Below, one piece after another: positions 41,001 to 55,430 of a stretch of 64,000 nt of DNA. Numbering within the stretch: position 1 is the first letter of the stretch; the number at the start of each line of letters is the position of its first letter. Under the pieces are notes generated by a model, which searched no databases, had not been told where the DNA came from, and saw nothing but the letters and a program-made list of their open reading frames with translations. The stretch covers positions 14,818,001 through 14,882,000 of the forward strand of contig JBHGNT010000017.1 in assembly GCA_043228905.1 (NCBI GenBank), written 5' to 3'. This DNA comes from Azolla caroliniana (lineage: Eukaryota; Plantae; Polypodiophyta). The position numbers and the translations under genes are program-made.

Positions 41001-41370
41001 TGAACTAGAGTAACCAAAACGTGAGGCAAAAACAGTCCAATTGATTGAAGAAAATGATCATAGAAATGAACTCTAATTTCCTTTCAATCCCAAAAATAAC
41101 ATCAAATGACCAAAAAAGTAAGACTTACTTGGCACACCGCGCAGCTACAACTTTGGCCGAAGACGAAAACTCACACGCCCATTTTGTAGCGCGTCCAAAA
41201 GAGCTGATTCCAGCACCCTCTGTTGCAGAGATCTGTTCTTCTTCCTTCTCTGCCTCTGCCTCTTCTTCCTCCCATGTGAGCTCATCTTTCTTCAATCCGA
41301 ACAGACCTTTCAGAGAGTTTTCTCTCATCAAATTCTCTACGAAGATCTTGCCTTTCATCATGCTGGCCAT
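35032..41370 (-). CDS. DUF639 family plant protein (multi-exon)
   Basis: Exons include 41370-41129 (FSSSAKVVAARCAK), ~39766-39532 (NLLEYFCFRAL, FRRLTFEMMRAWE), ~38900-38490, ~38217-38040 (GRLTLTDHALYFE, PWGARLFDK), ~37923-37352 (EFPEFTGHARRDYWLA), ~37269-37158, ~36955-36714 and a last exon ending RRMREFWHSIPVVP. Confidence 0.9.
38990..39330. repeat. ~140-bp intronic tandem repeat (about 2.5 copies)
   Basis: TATAATGTGG.CATTC...CAACAGTCAAG.TCCAAAGAAC.TCACTGCTCATAT...GCATCTGCAACTATAA is repeated. Confidence 0.85.
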
Positions 41371-41994
41371 AGTGGGGGGGGGGGGGGGGGGGGGGGGCAG
41401 CTTTATCTATCAATTCTATTTGATCAAATCAAGCTTTCCATGGATTCTATGATAACACATTGAAACACAGCACAACAAAGGAATCCATAGAAATGGAGGA
41501 ACACAGTGGGGATTACTGAATATAGCCATTCCTACCTTCATCCACAGATCAAGGCTTCCCCAAGACAAGCATTTTGGAGACTACCTTCAAGTTCATTTGG
41601 TCTCTCACAGAAGATTGAGATGAGGAAGGACCAAATGGCCATGGCCCATTATGTATTAGCTTGGACACCATTGATGATATATGTCGCCCATTAGCTCTGC
41701 TACCATGACAATACATTTCGATATATAGACATAAATAGATCTCTTGACCGGTTAAAGAAGCTCAAGCCTGAACCGAACTGCCAAACCATTTAAAAAACAA
41801 CGGTTTAACTGCTCGGTTTAGGCTTGAGTCAAGCCTGTCGCCAACTCCTAATAGATAGATAGCTAGATAGATAGATATAGATGTGTTTTTAACATCCACG
41901 AGAGACTGATTGCAATCAATTAGACGTGGCCTAGCCCATGGGATGACACACACAAAGATATAGATAGATAGATAGATTATATTACCGTCTTCGG

Positions 41995-42650
41995 AGGTCA
42001 AATATGACCTATGAGATCAAAAATATTACATTTCACGTGATACGTGTAAAGGTGAGTAGCGACTCTCGATGTTCAAGAACTTTACCAATGAATGTTGCAA
42101 TCGAGAGTGCACATCGTGGTTGTGAGAGAAATTCATGCAAGGATTGGGCTCGATCGAAGAGATGTGGAAAGCATGGTTGAATATGATCAAAGGCAGAGCA
42201 TTGTATCAAAGTGTGATACTCAAACTCTCGAACTTGTTTAGGGCAAAGTGTGCATAGTCGGCCACTCTCATCACTTGTGCCCCAACGCCCCGTCTCACAT
42301 CTCAATGCGTGCAAGCTTAGTCGCATGGAAGCAATGGTTCGAATGGTAGATATCGGAATGGGCTCTAACATGTATCGATGTGTACGGCTTCCCCGTTCCG
42401 TGAAGAATATGGTTTTGTAGTTAGGTGCAACATTTGTAGTATAATGTGTGAAGCGTGAGCCACCACATTTGTCCCATGTCATGATACATTGGCATTGCAA
42501 AAAGGCCTCATTTACATAGGAATCTAGTGACGCATCATGAAGCAAGTGTCTTGCATCCCATCTACCAAACCATTTTTCTAAATCTTGCATCCAACCGGAA
42601 CACAAAATTATGCTTTTATGCGTCTTTTGGATCTTTTTGCTTGCTTCCCA
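41995..42650 (-). mobile_element. LINE ORF2 3' fragment (C-terminal CCHC region)
   Basis: IASMRLSLHALRCETGRW...RLCTLCPKQVREFEYHTLIQCSAF. The 3' end AGGTCAAATATGACCTATGAGA..ATATTACATTTCACGT recurs at 42722-42860. Confidence 0.75.
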
Positions 42651-42658
42651 TGCAATTT

Positions 42659-42698
<40 letters not shown>

Positions 42699-45600
42699 TA
42701 AGATTTTATTGTTGTGTTTTAAGGTCAAATATGACCTATGAGACCAAACATATTACATTTCACGTAATACATGTGAAAATGAATCGTGACTCTCAATGTT
42801 TAAGAGCTTTACTATTGAATATTGTGATCGAGACTGTGAGAGAAATTTGTTCTTGGATTGGTCAAAGATGTGGGGAAAGCATAGTGAGAGAGACAACTCA
42901 GTCGGTAAGGTTGCCCAATGGAGGCCAGGAGGTCATGTGTTCAACCCCTACATTCTACAGTTGACCTACATTCTATAGTGAATTAAAATATATATATATA
43001 TATATATGAAGTATTTAATAGAGAGTTGACCTACATTCTACAATTTTTGCACTAGTGAATTAAAAGATATATATATGAAGTATCTAATAGAGAGTTGAGA
43101 TAATTAGGTTTCAAGCCCAAGACATAGTGTTGTTACTAGTGTAACAACTTACCACTAGGGTAAGGTACTTACGATAACAAGAGAGACTTTGAGCTTGTAT
43201 TATCAGATGGTATGCTCATACATTTGATGTTTAATAGATGCCTATAGATGCTCTAGACATAAACACATGTACCCTCACTGTGCACTTCTTGGTATTTGGG
43301 TTTAGGGTTTAGGGAGGGGATGAAGGGGGAAGAGCAAAATGCCGCTTCGAGAACAATCCACCAAAACGAGAACTAGAGAGTTATATTTGTTTGTCGGTGC
43401 TCTAAGGAAGAGTTTGTTTAGGATCGAGCACTATTTCAAATGCACTACATTTAAGATTCTCAAAACAACATTCAAAACATTCTTGGGCAAGGTTATGTGG
43501 GATGACTCAACGCCAACCATCCATAGTCCCAACCTTTTGTTGGCTAGAAATGATTGTAAAAGTACAAAGTGGGCAAGACATAAGATATTTTGATTATCAT
43601 GGGAGTAGCCAAACTTCTATAGTAATTTAGTTTTTCATAAGAGAAAAAGTTGAGAGAAAGGCTCGATTGAATAAAAACAAATAATCGAAATGAATTGGTG
43701 GTTTTTGGCTATTCATTAAATATGGATAGAATGAGCTCATAGCTTTTTTTATACTCAAGTGGAAGACACAATTGAGAAATCAGAATATTGATCATTAACA
43801 ATCATGTGGGCAAGGATTCATTTTAGTTCTCGGACCGTGGAAACCTAGGATATAATGCTACATATTTTTAGAACAAAAGGGTGCTCATAACCTCAATCTA
43901 ACTGACTATTGGTCTTTTCTCTAAAGCTTGGAATTCATTAGTTGAACTTTTGTTGGCCATTATTAGCTCTATTGTACCATTTGGCTTATGGCTACGATTT
44001 CTAGAGATGTCCCCATTTCTTCCATCAACTACAAAAAAAGTTCCCTACAAACATGAGTTTGCATATATCTATGAGGTGCTAACAAACTTATTTGCTTTAT
44101 AAAACTTTAACAAGTGTCAAGGAATGTATGCCAAAGAATAGCTTGGACTTGAAAAGTTGTGCGCTCTCAACGTATCTTGGAATAATAGTTCAATCTAGAT
44201 TGGCTAAAGTGAGAATACAAAGTTTTTCTAATATACAAGTCCCTTGTCTATTTTAGATACCCAATACTTGTGGGTATAAAAGAAGCATGATTACTGAGTA
44301 AAGTGTGTACACTCTTGTTTATAAAAATTACTTCACCTATAGATGAATATTATGCCTCGAACTTCCTTACTAGGCAATCCAATTGTTCTTCCTCAATGAA
44401 AGTTGATGGGAAATTATCTGTAAACATAAAAAACACGATTTGAGCAACAGTTAACTCTAAATTGTGAACATTTAGGCTTTAATCAAGTTTTGTGACATAC
44501 CATTGCATGGAAATTCTTGTCCAACTCGAAACCTATGGGAGGCATATATCCTTGAATATATAGATATGTGAAATTGTGACCATCATAACATTTGTTTTCA
44601 ATTGCTTGAACCCTAATATCTTTCTCTCTCAACGCTTGTTCGAGAGCACCCTTTCCTGAACTCCATGTGTTCCCATGGCGCAAAGTTACATGTAAATCCA
44701 ATCACCAACCTTAAACTATTGGGGTTCTCATTTCACATGATTTGTTGTATAATATAAATCCATTCATGGTATCGCGTAGTCTTGACATTATAAGTAGCTA
44801 AAATAACTAGTGGACCAATTTTAAGAGAGACCAAAACAAAAGACCTATATGAATAAGAAACATAAAGAATCATTTACATTGCTTTTAATTTTAAAAAACT
44901 ATGCCAAATAACTAAATAAATCAGAAGACAAATTTAAAAAATATGATGTGATGGAGGAATATTAGATAGTGTGTTAGAGGGATAAACTTATGATAAAGGT
45001 AACAAAATCTGTGGGCTATGTTTCTCAAACTCTCTTCTTATTGGTTGAATTTTTGTGAACAATAAATCCTAAAGGGCCCTATTGTGAAGCCAATGACCAT
45101 CACTTAGATAATCTAATTCAAATTATTGTATAATTGATGAGTCTAGTACATCCTTTGGTAAACTTATAGAGACCTGTATGAATTTTTCCTCTTCTTCCTT
45201 TTGTATTACAAGCCATTATCCATTTTTGAATGCATCCGTTATTGTGTTGTCAATCCAATTCACAATCGTATAAAATATGCATCTATGAAGAACTTCCCTT
45301 TTTTTGGCTTGGCATTCTCCAATTAATTATCTATGACAAACGTTGGAAGTCGAACCCACAACACCGAGTTCAAAAACCTAGGTGTTTTGTTAACTGAACT
45401 ACATTCATTAGAAAGGATTTCAAGAAAAAAAAATGTAAACATGAGACTCGTGCCTGTGAATATGTACACATGTTCAAACCCTTCATGTTTTGAATCCATG
45501 AGGGCCCAAACCCTTTGTGGAAACTTCCACAAAAGGGGAAGTAAAAGAGAAGCCCCTACCACTCGCCCACAAGCAACATTTAGAGAGGATGAAGAGTGGG

Positions 45601-48600
45601 CCCAAGACAATGTGGCAGTTATTGTTGTTACCACCATTACTATCATTGTAGGTCGATTGGCAAGTGATGCCTAACGCTTGACTTGTGGCCATGTCCATCG
45701 GCCATGTCATCTATTCACAGTCACCTCCCCTTTCATCAATAAAGTAAAACAAGCATAAACTTAACAATCCACCAAACTATTGAATGCAAGTACCAAAACT
45801 CAAAAATGGAAACACAAACATCTAAGTTCTAACTAATCCGACACACCAACTCAAAACCCAAAAGGTGAACTGTTTGTGAAAGGAATTGTGGTCCGTGAAT
45901 ATGAACACATCACATATATTGTCAAGAAAGGCTTGAAGTCCCTCATGAAAAGGCAACGGCGGTTTGATGGCAATACACAAATTTTTGGCTCACGAAAAAG
46001 CTAGAATAATATAAAAGGCAAATGCTTGACCCCCATCGCTAGTGGTAACTACAACATTAGTGAAATATAAAGGCATGCATAGCACGTGACAATGGATACC
46101 TAATAAATCAAAATGTAGGTTTGCCAAAGAGCCACGAGTAATTTTAGAACAACGCATCATCAATCAAACCTCAACCTCGCTAGAAAGAGCAATATAAGAA
46201 AATCAAAGCAATGTGCACACCGTCATGTCCATGTTTACATGACGAACATGCTCTCTTAAACGTGAACCCAACATATTGAAAAGAAATCATGCCCCATCAA
46301 TAAACCCACTCTCAAGTGCGAATCTGCACTCTATTTGATGCTTGTGTTATAGCAAAGAACACATTCGTGTATCAATAGATCGAGGTATGAAACATGTAAA
46401 GGTAATGACTTCCAAAGAGTTACGAATTTCCTTGTAGATTTGAGGATTTGGAATCATATCATGTAGTATTGAAAAATATATTGAGTATTAGGGACCCTCC
46501 TTGGTAGTATTTTAAGTTTCTCTTCCGCTAACAACGAATCTAGTTCCTCCATATAGATTATCTATTTAGCAATCATAATTGTCCTCTTCAAGACTTGGCT
46601 TCTTTTGAAGTTCCTTCCATAAACGGATAATACCAATTTAGTTATGTAGTGTAAGTTGATACAAAATTCTACCATCCCCAAATCTTTGGTGTTCGATGAA
46701 GGTTCTTCCCATAAAACAAATTGGAAGAAAGGTAATGGTTTGTTACAACCCTAACTTGGAAACATATCATGTGATATGACAAACGACGTGTATCCACACA
46801 TTAGATATCTATTCTAGCAAGGAATTCATGCTTCCCCCTCTATTGCATGCTCTCGAAAAGATCACATGCAACACATCACCAACATGGTCTAGCAGAAATC
46901 ACAAATCCACGAGTTACTATAAAAAAGATTGAATACTTACCTCACCATGCACACTCATGCTCTAACAAAGAGTATGTGTCCCCATACTTCACCACAAGTG
47001 TTCAAGAAAAGAACAAGGGCGTTATTTCCTCCCACAATGACACACTCGACTCATCTCAAGGGGTTCCAATTTCTAAACAATCACCCTTATTTCTCATATG
47101 CAAGTCTTAGATCCATATCGCTAGTCAATACACTACAAGTCGACAAAAATACACTTCTCATCTCATGATTGCCAACAACAAATCCAATTCATAATCACTC
47201 TCTACAATGTCCTCAACTCAAACTTTGTCTATGTATGTATGTATCTTTTGAATGAGCCTACTCCAAAAGGACGAGATGAACCACTAGCACCACGATAAAT
47301 GATCACTTGGATGCCAACAACAATCATATAAGAAATGGTGTCAACAATTGACCACCTTCACCACCCCCCACTAGGTCACTCACCACCATTGCCTCCAATA
47401 GAAAAAGAGCTACCCCATCTTAAACAACTCGTGCAACAATGCCCTAGATCACAAATATGTTACCCAAATAATACATAAACATTTGGGCCTTGACATCCAA
47501 ACCAACATCCTCATCTTCATTGCTACTTAAGCTTCCTTGTTGGAGCCCACATTCTTGGATTTATCAATGTGGTTCAAACTTCATTCTACAATTCTCCAAT
47601 GATTTCTCTCAATACCCAAGCATTACCAAGATCGAAGCCGAAAAACAATATGCAATTTTTATTGAATCTTTATTTTATGTAGGCAATCTCTATTTTTATT
47701 CAAGAAGAATAATAGTTTTGCAACATCACTGCCATATTGTCATTGGACATGAATGGTTTTACAATACCTATGTTTACTCCCCCTAATTTTGTGCATGGTT
47801 ACCACCTAAAATTAAATGCATGTTGGTACATAGCTAGAGTGCATGTTCCACATTTGGGTATCATGCCAGATGTGGTAATGTTTATCACATAGAATGTTGT
47901 AATACACCATTTGTATAATCATGTCAAGCATCTCAGTGTGTGCTACCTATTCAGCTTGGTGTATTGTGTGCAATTTGCAGGTTTTCCTTCTGGCCTTAGG
48001 TTTGTATCATGTGTTGGTTCATAGCCCCAATCAACAAGACATTGATTTCCTTGTTGGATGCAAAGAGCTCATAATAATAGTGATCACCAAGACAGATTGT
48101 ATTAGTATCAATGACGGTAGACGCTATTGAAGTTTTTTTCGAGTGCACCCATTAGCTTCATAGTATGGCATTCTTCTTGATGTTTGCCTATGGCTAAGTC
48201 CCATGAAGCCGTGTTTTGTCATTAGTTTAAGTTGTCTCCAAACTCATTGTATATCAGGTTTTGTTGCCAAAATATCAACTGATCATATAATGATCAACAA
48301 AATTCTTGTCCTATCAAATTAATAATCCACCAATTTAGGATTACATTACCTACTTAATTATTAAATTTAACTAATTAAAACATATGAAATAAACTAACAG
48401 TTGATATTCTAAACCTTAGATCAATAGAATCATACAGTCTGTATCAACCAAATCTGAAACCAGTTTGATCAAAAAGTCTGTATCAACCATATCTGAGAGC
48501 AGTTTAATCAAACAATTAGAATCGATCATACCTGAGAGCAGTTTGAGAAATGACCGATTAAATACTGTTGCCATGAATTACACAATACATCACCAAAACG

Positions 48601-48948
48601 GCAAAACAGTCTTGCCCAAGAGAAGCAGACACACAGAATACGAATCAAATGACCATATCTGAGACAAGTTTTGAAAACTGAGCAATCATATTGCCACAGT
48701 AGGGCGAAAAAAAAACACAAAAGACAAAACCATTTCTGCGAATAGAAGAGGTAAATAATCCACACCTAAAAACTCTACTTGAGAGAAGGGAGGAAATTAA
48801 TCAACTCTTTTCTCCAAGGAGATAAATAACCCATAGCTAAATTTTAGTTCAGGAAAGAGGAAATTAATCAACTCTTAATCCCTTTTTAACATTAATCTAC
48901 TGATTCAATACTGAATCCAGGAATGCAATCCTCATTTTCCTTCCTCTT

Positions 48949-51486
48949 TTAGTCGACCTCTTCAATCTTGGGTCCAGAGCCACCAGAAGCAGTAGGACCA
49001 TCATCATCACCATAGCCACCTCCAGGCATGTCTCCACCCGCACCCCCTTGATACATCCTTGCAATGATAGGGTTGCAGAGACTCTCCAATTCCTTCATCT
49101 TGTCATCAAATTCATCAGCTTCTGCAAGTTGGTTATGATCCAACCACTGGATCGCTTGCTCCACTGCATCCTCAATCTTCTTTTTGTCCTCAGCACTAAG
49201 TTTGCCAGCTATCTTATCATCCTTAATTGTATTTCTCATGTTATAAGCATAGTTCTCCAAAGAGTTTTTAGATTCTACTTTCTTCTTGTGCTCCTCATCT
49301 TCAGATTTGTATTTCTCTGCATCTTGCACCATCTTCTCAATCTCTTCCTTGCTCAACCTCCCCTTGTCATTTGTGATGGTAATCTTATTCTTCTGACCCG
49401 TGGTTTTATCTTCTGCAGATACATTAAGAATACCATTGGCATCAATATCAAAACAGACAGTAATCTGGGGTACTCCTCTGGGTGCAGGAGGAATTCCAGA
49501 CAATTCGAACTTGCCAAGCAAGTTATTGTCCCTTGTCCTTGTTCTCTCACCCTCGTATACTTGGATCAAGACACCAGGTTGATTATCAGAATAGGTGGAG
49601 AAAACCTGCTCTTTCTTTGTTGGAATTGTGGTATTTCGGGCTATCAGGACAGTCATCACACCTCCTGCAGTCTCCAAACCAAGGGATAATGGAGTTACAT
49701 CAAGCAAGAGAAGATCTTGAACCTTCTCATTTCCTTCACCACTAAGAATTGCCGCTTGGACAGCAGCACCATAGGCAACAGCTTCATCAGGATTAATACT
49801 CTTGCAAAGCTCCTTTCCATTAAAGAAATCTTGAAGAAGCTGTTGGACCTTGGGAATCCTAGTGGATCCACCCACAAGAACAACATCATGAATGCTACTC
49901 TTATCCATCTTTGCATCTCTTAGACACTTCTCCACAGGTTCCATGCACTTGCGGAAAAGATCCATGTTGAGCTCTTCAAACCTAGCCCTTGTAATCGTTG
50001 AGTAGAAATCAATACCTTCATACAATGAATCAATCTCGATAGTAGTCTGAGCAGTTGACGAGAGAGTTCTCTTGGCACGCTCACAAGAGGTTCGGAGACG
50101 TCTCAGAGCCCTAGCATTTCCAGTAATATCCTTCTTATACTTCCTCTTAAACTCCTGCACAAAGTGATTCACCATGCGATTATCAAAGTCTTCTCCGCCA
50201 AGGTGAGTATCACCAGCAGTGGCTTTGACCTCAAAGATCCCTTCTTCAATAGTAAGGAGAGAGACATCAAATGTTCCCCCACCAAGGTCAAAAATCAGCA
50301 CATTCTTCTCACCAACACTAGTAGCCTTCTTATCAAGCCCATAGGCTATGGCAGCAGCAGTGGGCTCGTTGATTATCCTCATAACATTGAGACCAGAGAT
50401 CACGCCTGCATCTTTCGTGGCTTGCCTTTGAGAATCATTGAAGTAAGCAGGCACAGTTACCACCGCATTTTTGACAGTACTTCCGAGAAATGCTTCAGCA
50501 ATCTCCTTCATCTTCACGAGAACCATAGAGGAGATCTCCTCCGCCGCGAATTGCTTCTCCTCTCCTTTGTACTGCACACAGATCATTGGTTTGTCCGCAG
50601 GTCCAGGTACAAGCTTGAAAGGCCATAGCTTAATGTCACTCTGAACAGAGGCATCAGAGAACCTCCTCCCAATGAGACGCTTGGCATCTGAGATGTGAAA
50701 GCGAACACAGCGAATGAGTACCAAAATACGAGATTTAGTAGAATACAGACAGGAATTTTAACTCAGGCAACTTAATAGGAATAGCCTTGACAGCTCAACA
50801 CAAATCAGTCAGAATGCGAACAAACCTGTACATAAACAAAACCATTGCCTTCCAGAGTAAGAAGCAAACGTCCGACGAAGCGGGTTGCGTTCAGATTTGG
50901 AAGCAAATATGGTTATAACAGTAAAACCAAAGTCTACGCAGTTAAACTTCTTTAAAACTTGCGAATTTCACGCACACAATGCACAAAGCCGAGAATCTAT
51001 GGAAAATTACAAACTCTTGGGGAAACAAACAAGCAATTCACTGTACTCCACACAGTAAAAGGCGACAAATTTTCAGATCCACGTACAAAATAGAGGCAGT
51101 AGCTAGAAATGTATAAGGAAATCAAGGGATGACAAACCAAAAACAATAATGAACAGGAATCCACTCATTAAAAGCACGAGCAGTAGTTTACAATGAGGGA
51201 ATAGGATCTAAGATCAGAGAAGGGAGGAGAAGAATAAAAAAAGAGACAGAGAGAGAGAGAGAGGTGAACGAGACATACCGAAGACGGTGTTGATCGGATT
51301 CATAGCGACCTGATTCTTGGCAGCGTCGCCGATGAGCCTCTCGGTGTCACTGAAGGCCACGTACGAGGGAGTAGTCCGGTTTCCCTGATCATTAGCGATG
51401 ATCTCGACGCGATCATGTTGCCAGACGCCGACACAGGAGTACGTGGTGCCGAGATCGATCCCGATAGCAGGACCTTCTTTGGCCAT
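48949..51486 (-). CDS. HSP70: Cytosolic heat shock protein 70 (648 aa)
   Basis: Exon 1 is 51486-51279 ([21 protein letters not shown]) and exon 2 is 50687-48949. The single intron splits the Asp codon of TVFD. C-terminus GPKIEEVD. Confidence 0.98.
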
Positions 51487-51601
51487 GGCGAGAGATCAAC
51501 CAAACAGGGAGAAGAAAGAAAGAAATCGAAGAGACAGAGCGCAGAGACAGAACGCAGAGACAGAGTGAAGCTTGAGAGAGTAAAGGCAGGCAAAAAACAG
51601 G

Positions 51602-51620
51602 AAACCCTAACCCTAACCCT
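51602..51620. promoter_or_regulatory. Telo-box-like repeat in the HSP70 5' region
   Basis: AAACCCTAACCCTAACCCTA. Confidence 0.5.
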
Positions 51621-51694
51621 AGCAGAGAATCGCTTGCGATGCGTGGTGAGCTCCGCCATGGCTGCGGCCTGTGTCTCTTTATCGGCCCACGGTG

Positions 51695-51709
51695 CTTCTA
51701 GAATGTTCG
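51695..51709. promoter_or_regulatory. Heat-shock element
   Basis: cTTCt-aGAAt-gTTCg, three perfect alternating nGAAn units about 210 bp upstream of the HSP70 ATG. Confidence 0.8.
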
Positions 51710-53227
51710 GAAGGCTTGGAGCCGTCCGATCGACGGATCCCACGGTTGGGCGGCCAACCTCTAATCTCCGCCGTTGGTGGCCCCCGGGCGAATCGACGGT
51801 CCTCATTCTCCATAGGGTTTCTTCACGTCTATCACGGGGCCCGTTCACACCTGTCCAACTTCTTCCTCCTGTCTTCTTCTTCAAACTTTTGGCCTTAGAA
51901 GACGTTAATATTTCTTTCTTTCTTTCTCACACTTTTGCTCGTCGCTTGTTTTACAAATTACAGAGTCGGATGGAGTGTATATGGCATTCATTCTCCGTGT
52001 ATGCGTCTCGTATGTATATGGACGGTATATGGATGCACACTCGTAGATATGGACAAATGAACAAACAAACAGATGGATGGAAGGTCTGTTTCATTTTCTC
52101 TGTGCATGTGTCCCCACATGTATATGGACAAACTTGTAGACGAACGGACAAACGGTCGTGTTTATGGATGGATGGACGGTTTCACACAACCCCTCGCCCG
52201 TTCTCCCTCTCACACACGCACTCCCGAACATTGTGGGCGCCAAAGGCGGACCCACACGTTGAGCGAAGCAAGGGGGGCGAGGCTCTTTTGGTTTAAGCTC
52301 TTTTAAAGTAGACTGAATGCCACTTGAAAGTAGACCGAATGTAAGATGTGGTCCTAGAATTGGAACCCCACACCATCACGTCAAAGCCCTAGCTTAATCC
52401 GGCTAGTTGCATACGAATCCACACCCATGTCTTGTTTAAGAACATTTCAGCATCGTGTCGCGTGAAGAATAGAACCCCTACGCCATTCAAAAACAAGTGG
52501 TTATCTGGTTCTTTCCTATGAAAATTCCGTTATTCCCTGGGAAAATGTCTCTTAGGCTCACTCAAACTATGAAAGAGGCCTCCATTGTGGGTTTGCACTA
52601 TGTATATTGACTTGCATATCCACAAATTTGCAATGTCATGTGTACTTAACCACAACATGTTATACTACCTAAACATTATATCATTCAACTCTTTAAGGAA
52701 AATATTGTCATTTTTGTTTTGCTTTAATATACCTGTGAGGCATAAATTTCCAACTTACACACAAGAAACATGGTTGTATTCCAATTTGTAAGTAAATACA
52801 CTTTTATTAGGCTGCAATGGATAATGTCTTGTGGGCTTCTAATGTGAAAGGACTCTTTAGGATTTTTCCAATGAGAGCTCCCATGTAAAAGAGGGCCTTT
52901 GGGTGCCCCAAAATTGACGTTGTTGTTGGGTTCTCATTCTCTTCCCATTCCATTCACTAACAACTTGTTTTCTCCATGTAGTTTTTTACTTAACAACTAT
53001 CTACTTAACTAAGACGCCTCATATGTGTCTTATCTACAGTTTATCTATTTAATTAAGAGAAATATATTTCTAAATTGGTGTGATTAAGTGTGTGCTCATG
53101 TTCATTTTGACTTAAGAAGCCCTCAAGGTTTCCATAATAAAATGTAATGGAGAGTATACATGCTTTTATATGTTTAAGTATGACAATATTTTTTCGGATG
53201 GAGAATGATGCCCCAAATACTTCAATT

Positions 53228-53510
53228 CATAGTATGAACCATACGTACCATGCGTGCATGGTTCAATAATTCACGAATGGTTCAATCATTTGCGTAAGAA
53301 AAACACCCTCAAAGAATGATAAATACCATACTTTTGGACTAACTATTTATTATGAGGTAAATAAGCCTAAAAAATGGAACAAAAAAATCATTAAAAAAAT
53401 GAGGAAAAGGCAAATAAAAAACACAAGAATGTTTGAATAACATTCGCATTCGTTTTCCAACGTAGGAAAATGAATGTTAGGCTAGACGAACACGAATTTT
53501 ACATACCATG
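53228..53510. mobile_element. hAT-type MITE (same family as 913-1206)
   Basis: TIRs CATAGTATG/CATACCATG and perfect 8-bp TSD CTTCAATT. Shares the internal sequence AAACACCCTCAAAG..TAAATACCATACTTTTG. Confidence 0.9.
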
Positions 53511-55430
53511 CTTCAATTAGCCCATCACGAGGAAGGTCACCACCCCCAACCAATGAGTCTTTGTTTGACCTTTCGGAGAAACTCAATTCAAAAATACCTG
53601 ATGTCACACTTATCACCAATCAACTATTACCATCCTCCCTTGGGGATGGACGAGCGAATCAAAGCAATGCTCTAGATTGTATGGTTTTGATGTGAGTCCT
53701 TGTCCACAACCTCTTGAGCATACCTTGCACAATTTTGGGAGTAAATAAGAAAAGTGGGAAATAAGAATAACATCGCGACTTGTGACAAGAGTTTAACACA
53801 TAAAGACGATACATATATGCTTCTTTTCAAAAGATAAGTATCCTTGTTTTCAAGCATTTTTGTAAGCCAAAAACACATTGTCCATGAAGCATGGCAAGTT
53901 AATTTGAAGCCACAAAAAACATAAAAGTGTGTTGTTATCAAGTTGGATACATGGTCTTAAAAGGTTGGTTAGAACATGCAAATTAAGTATGTTACAAAAG
54001 TACAAACACGTATATTAGGTACAAGATTTTAGAGGATGCCTATTCAAAATCATGTTAAATACATACATAGATGTTGACAAAATTGTGCAACTTCAAAGAT
54101 GATAACAAAGTCCAAGCACTATTTCACACAGAAAATTAGCTAATTCGAATAGTATTTCGCACTTCTAAGTTTGAACACATACATTATAATAGAAATCTAA
54201 TAGTATATTTCTGCAGTCAGAACAAACTCACTTGACAAGTTCAAATATGTACATCAAACTTGTTATATATTGTATGCAATGATGTCACTACTAAGATCAA
54301 AGGAGTTGTAGCTTGTTCAAATAAGAATTATTTCCCTTGTAAGAGATAAACACATATGGATATAAAACAACATCATCGAGTATCTACCAATTGCAAGGTC
54401 ATTCACCATACCTACTAGTGCTTGTGGTCATAGAGTCAGTTCTATGCATGATTATGAGAACTTTGCAATTAATTCCATTGTTGAAGTTGGCCACGTAGAT
54501 GGTGAGTCACCGATGATTGATGGCACCGCTCTTTTGATTACAATAATCTACATCAATGTGGTCAAGCTTGCTAAAATACCAACATTATAATTTCCTTTGG
54601 CAATTTACTTGGTTGATGAAACACCCCCTTTCTTTCCATGTTTCCTCTTCTACGCCCCCTTTCATGTCAAAGTTTGAGACTTGTATTTGGCAAGTATTGC
54701 TGTCCACCATTGTAATCTTCTTCTTCTACTATGGCCACAACCGTCATTAACATGCCATTAAAGCATTTGGTTTTCAACGGCGTGATCTTCTTCGCATGTT
54801 GATTTTCTTCCACCAACATTGATTAGATATCAAAAAATGATGGCCGTGTTACTCTTGCAACAATTGTGGTCCTCAACAAAATGAACCGTTACAAAAGGCC
54901 ATTGAGGTATATCTCCATCATTTGGTTCTTGTTGACCTTTACGTCAATTAAGGCCAAAGATGCGCATATGACTTTATCTTTAATGTATAGTAGTTGATGA
55001 ACATATATTTTTGTTTGATATTATTCAATTCTCGATAGAAATCAAGTTCTTGCTAGAAAAGTGAATTGTCGGTGAATCCGTGGAACCTAGAAGATATGTT
55101 CTCCACGACCATTACATTTGTGTAGTTCTTAACCCTCATAGAAGCACATGATAATCATTTTGAGTTTATGTTTAAGCTACTTCAAGAAAACAAAGAGCAT
55201 GGTTTATACTGTTAACACTGAATTTTGGTTTCAAAGGATTCAACCAAGGTAGTTTGCAAAACGTCAAACTAATTATTGGCGAATCCATCCCAACATCGAT
55301 GGATGATGTGTTTGGCCAATGTAAGTACATTGTACTATAGGAAGTGCACTCATAAACTCTTGGATTGAGTGGGAAACATAATGTTGTACTTCACATGTTA
55401 AAGATGAGAAAACATATTGTGCCTCATAGT

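Noticed and set aside
43295-43314. Telomere-like TTTAGGG repeats
   Set aside because: Only 2-3 units, a common telo-box-type sequence and not evidence of a chromosome fusion.
43600-47800. Possible decayed LTR-retrotransposon pol region
   Set aside because: Only faint hints such as HIVIGHEWF; cannot be supported without a search.
49048-50628. Antisense ORFs inside HSP70
   Set aside because: Shadow ORFs arising from codon bias on the coding strand.
51415-52296. 293-aa + strand ORF (and 194-aa ORF 51300-51884 -) over the HSP70 5' region
   Set aside because: No recognisable domain. Explained by the GC-rich promoter/UTR and the antisense of HSP70 exon 1.
54400-55420. Possible decayed LINE (also about 33700-34450 and 10500-12200)
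   Set aside because: Motifs too eroded to call.
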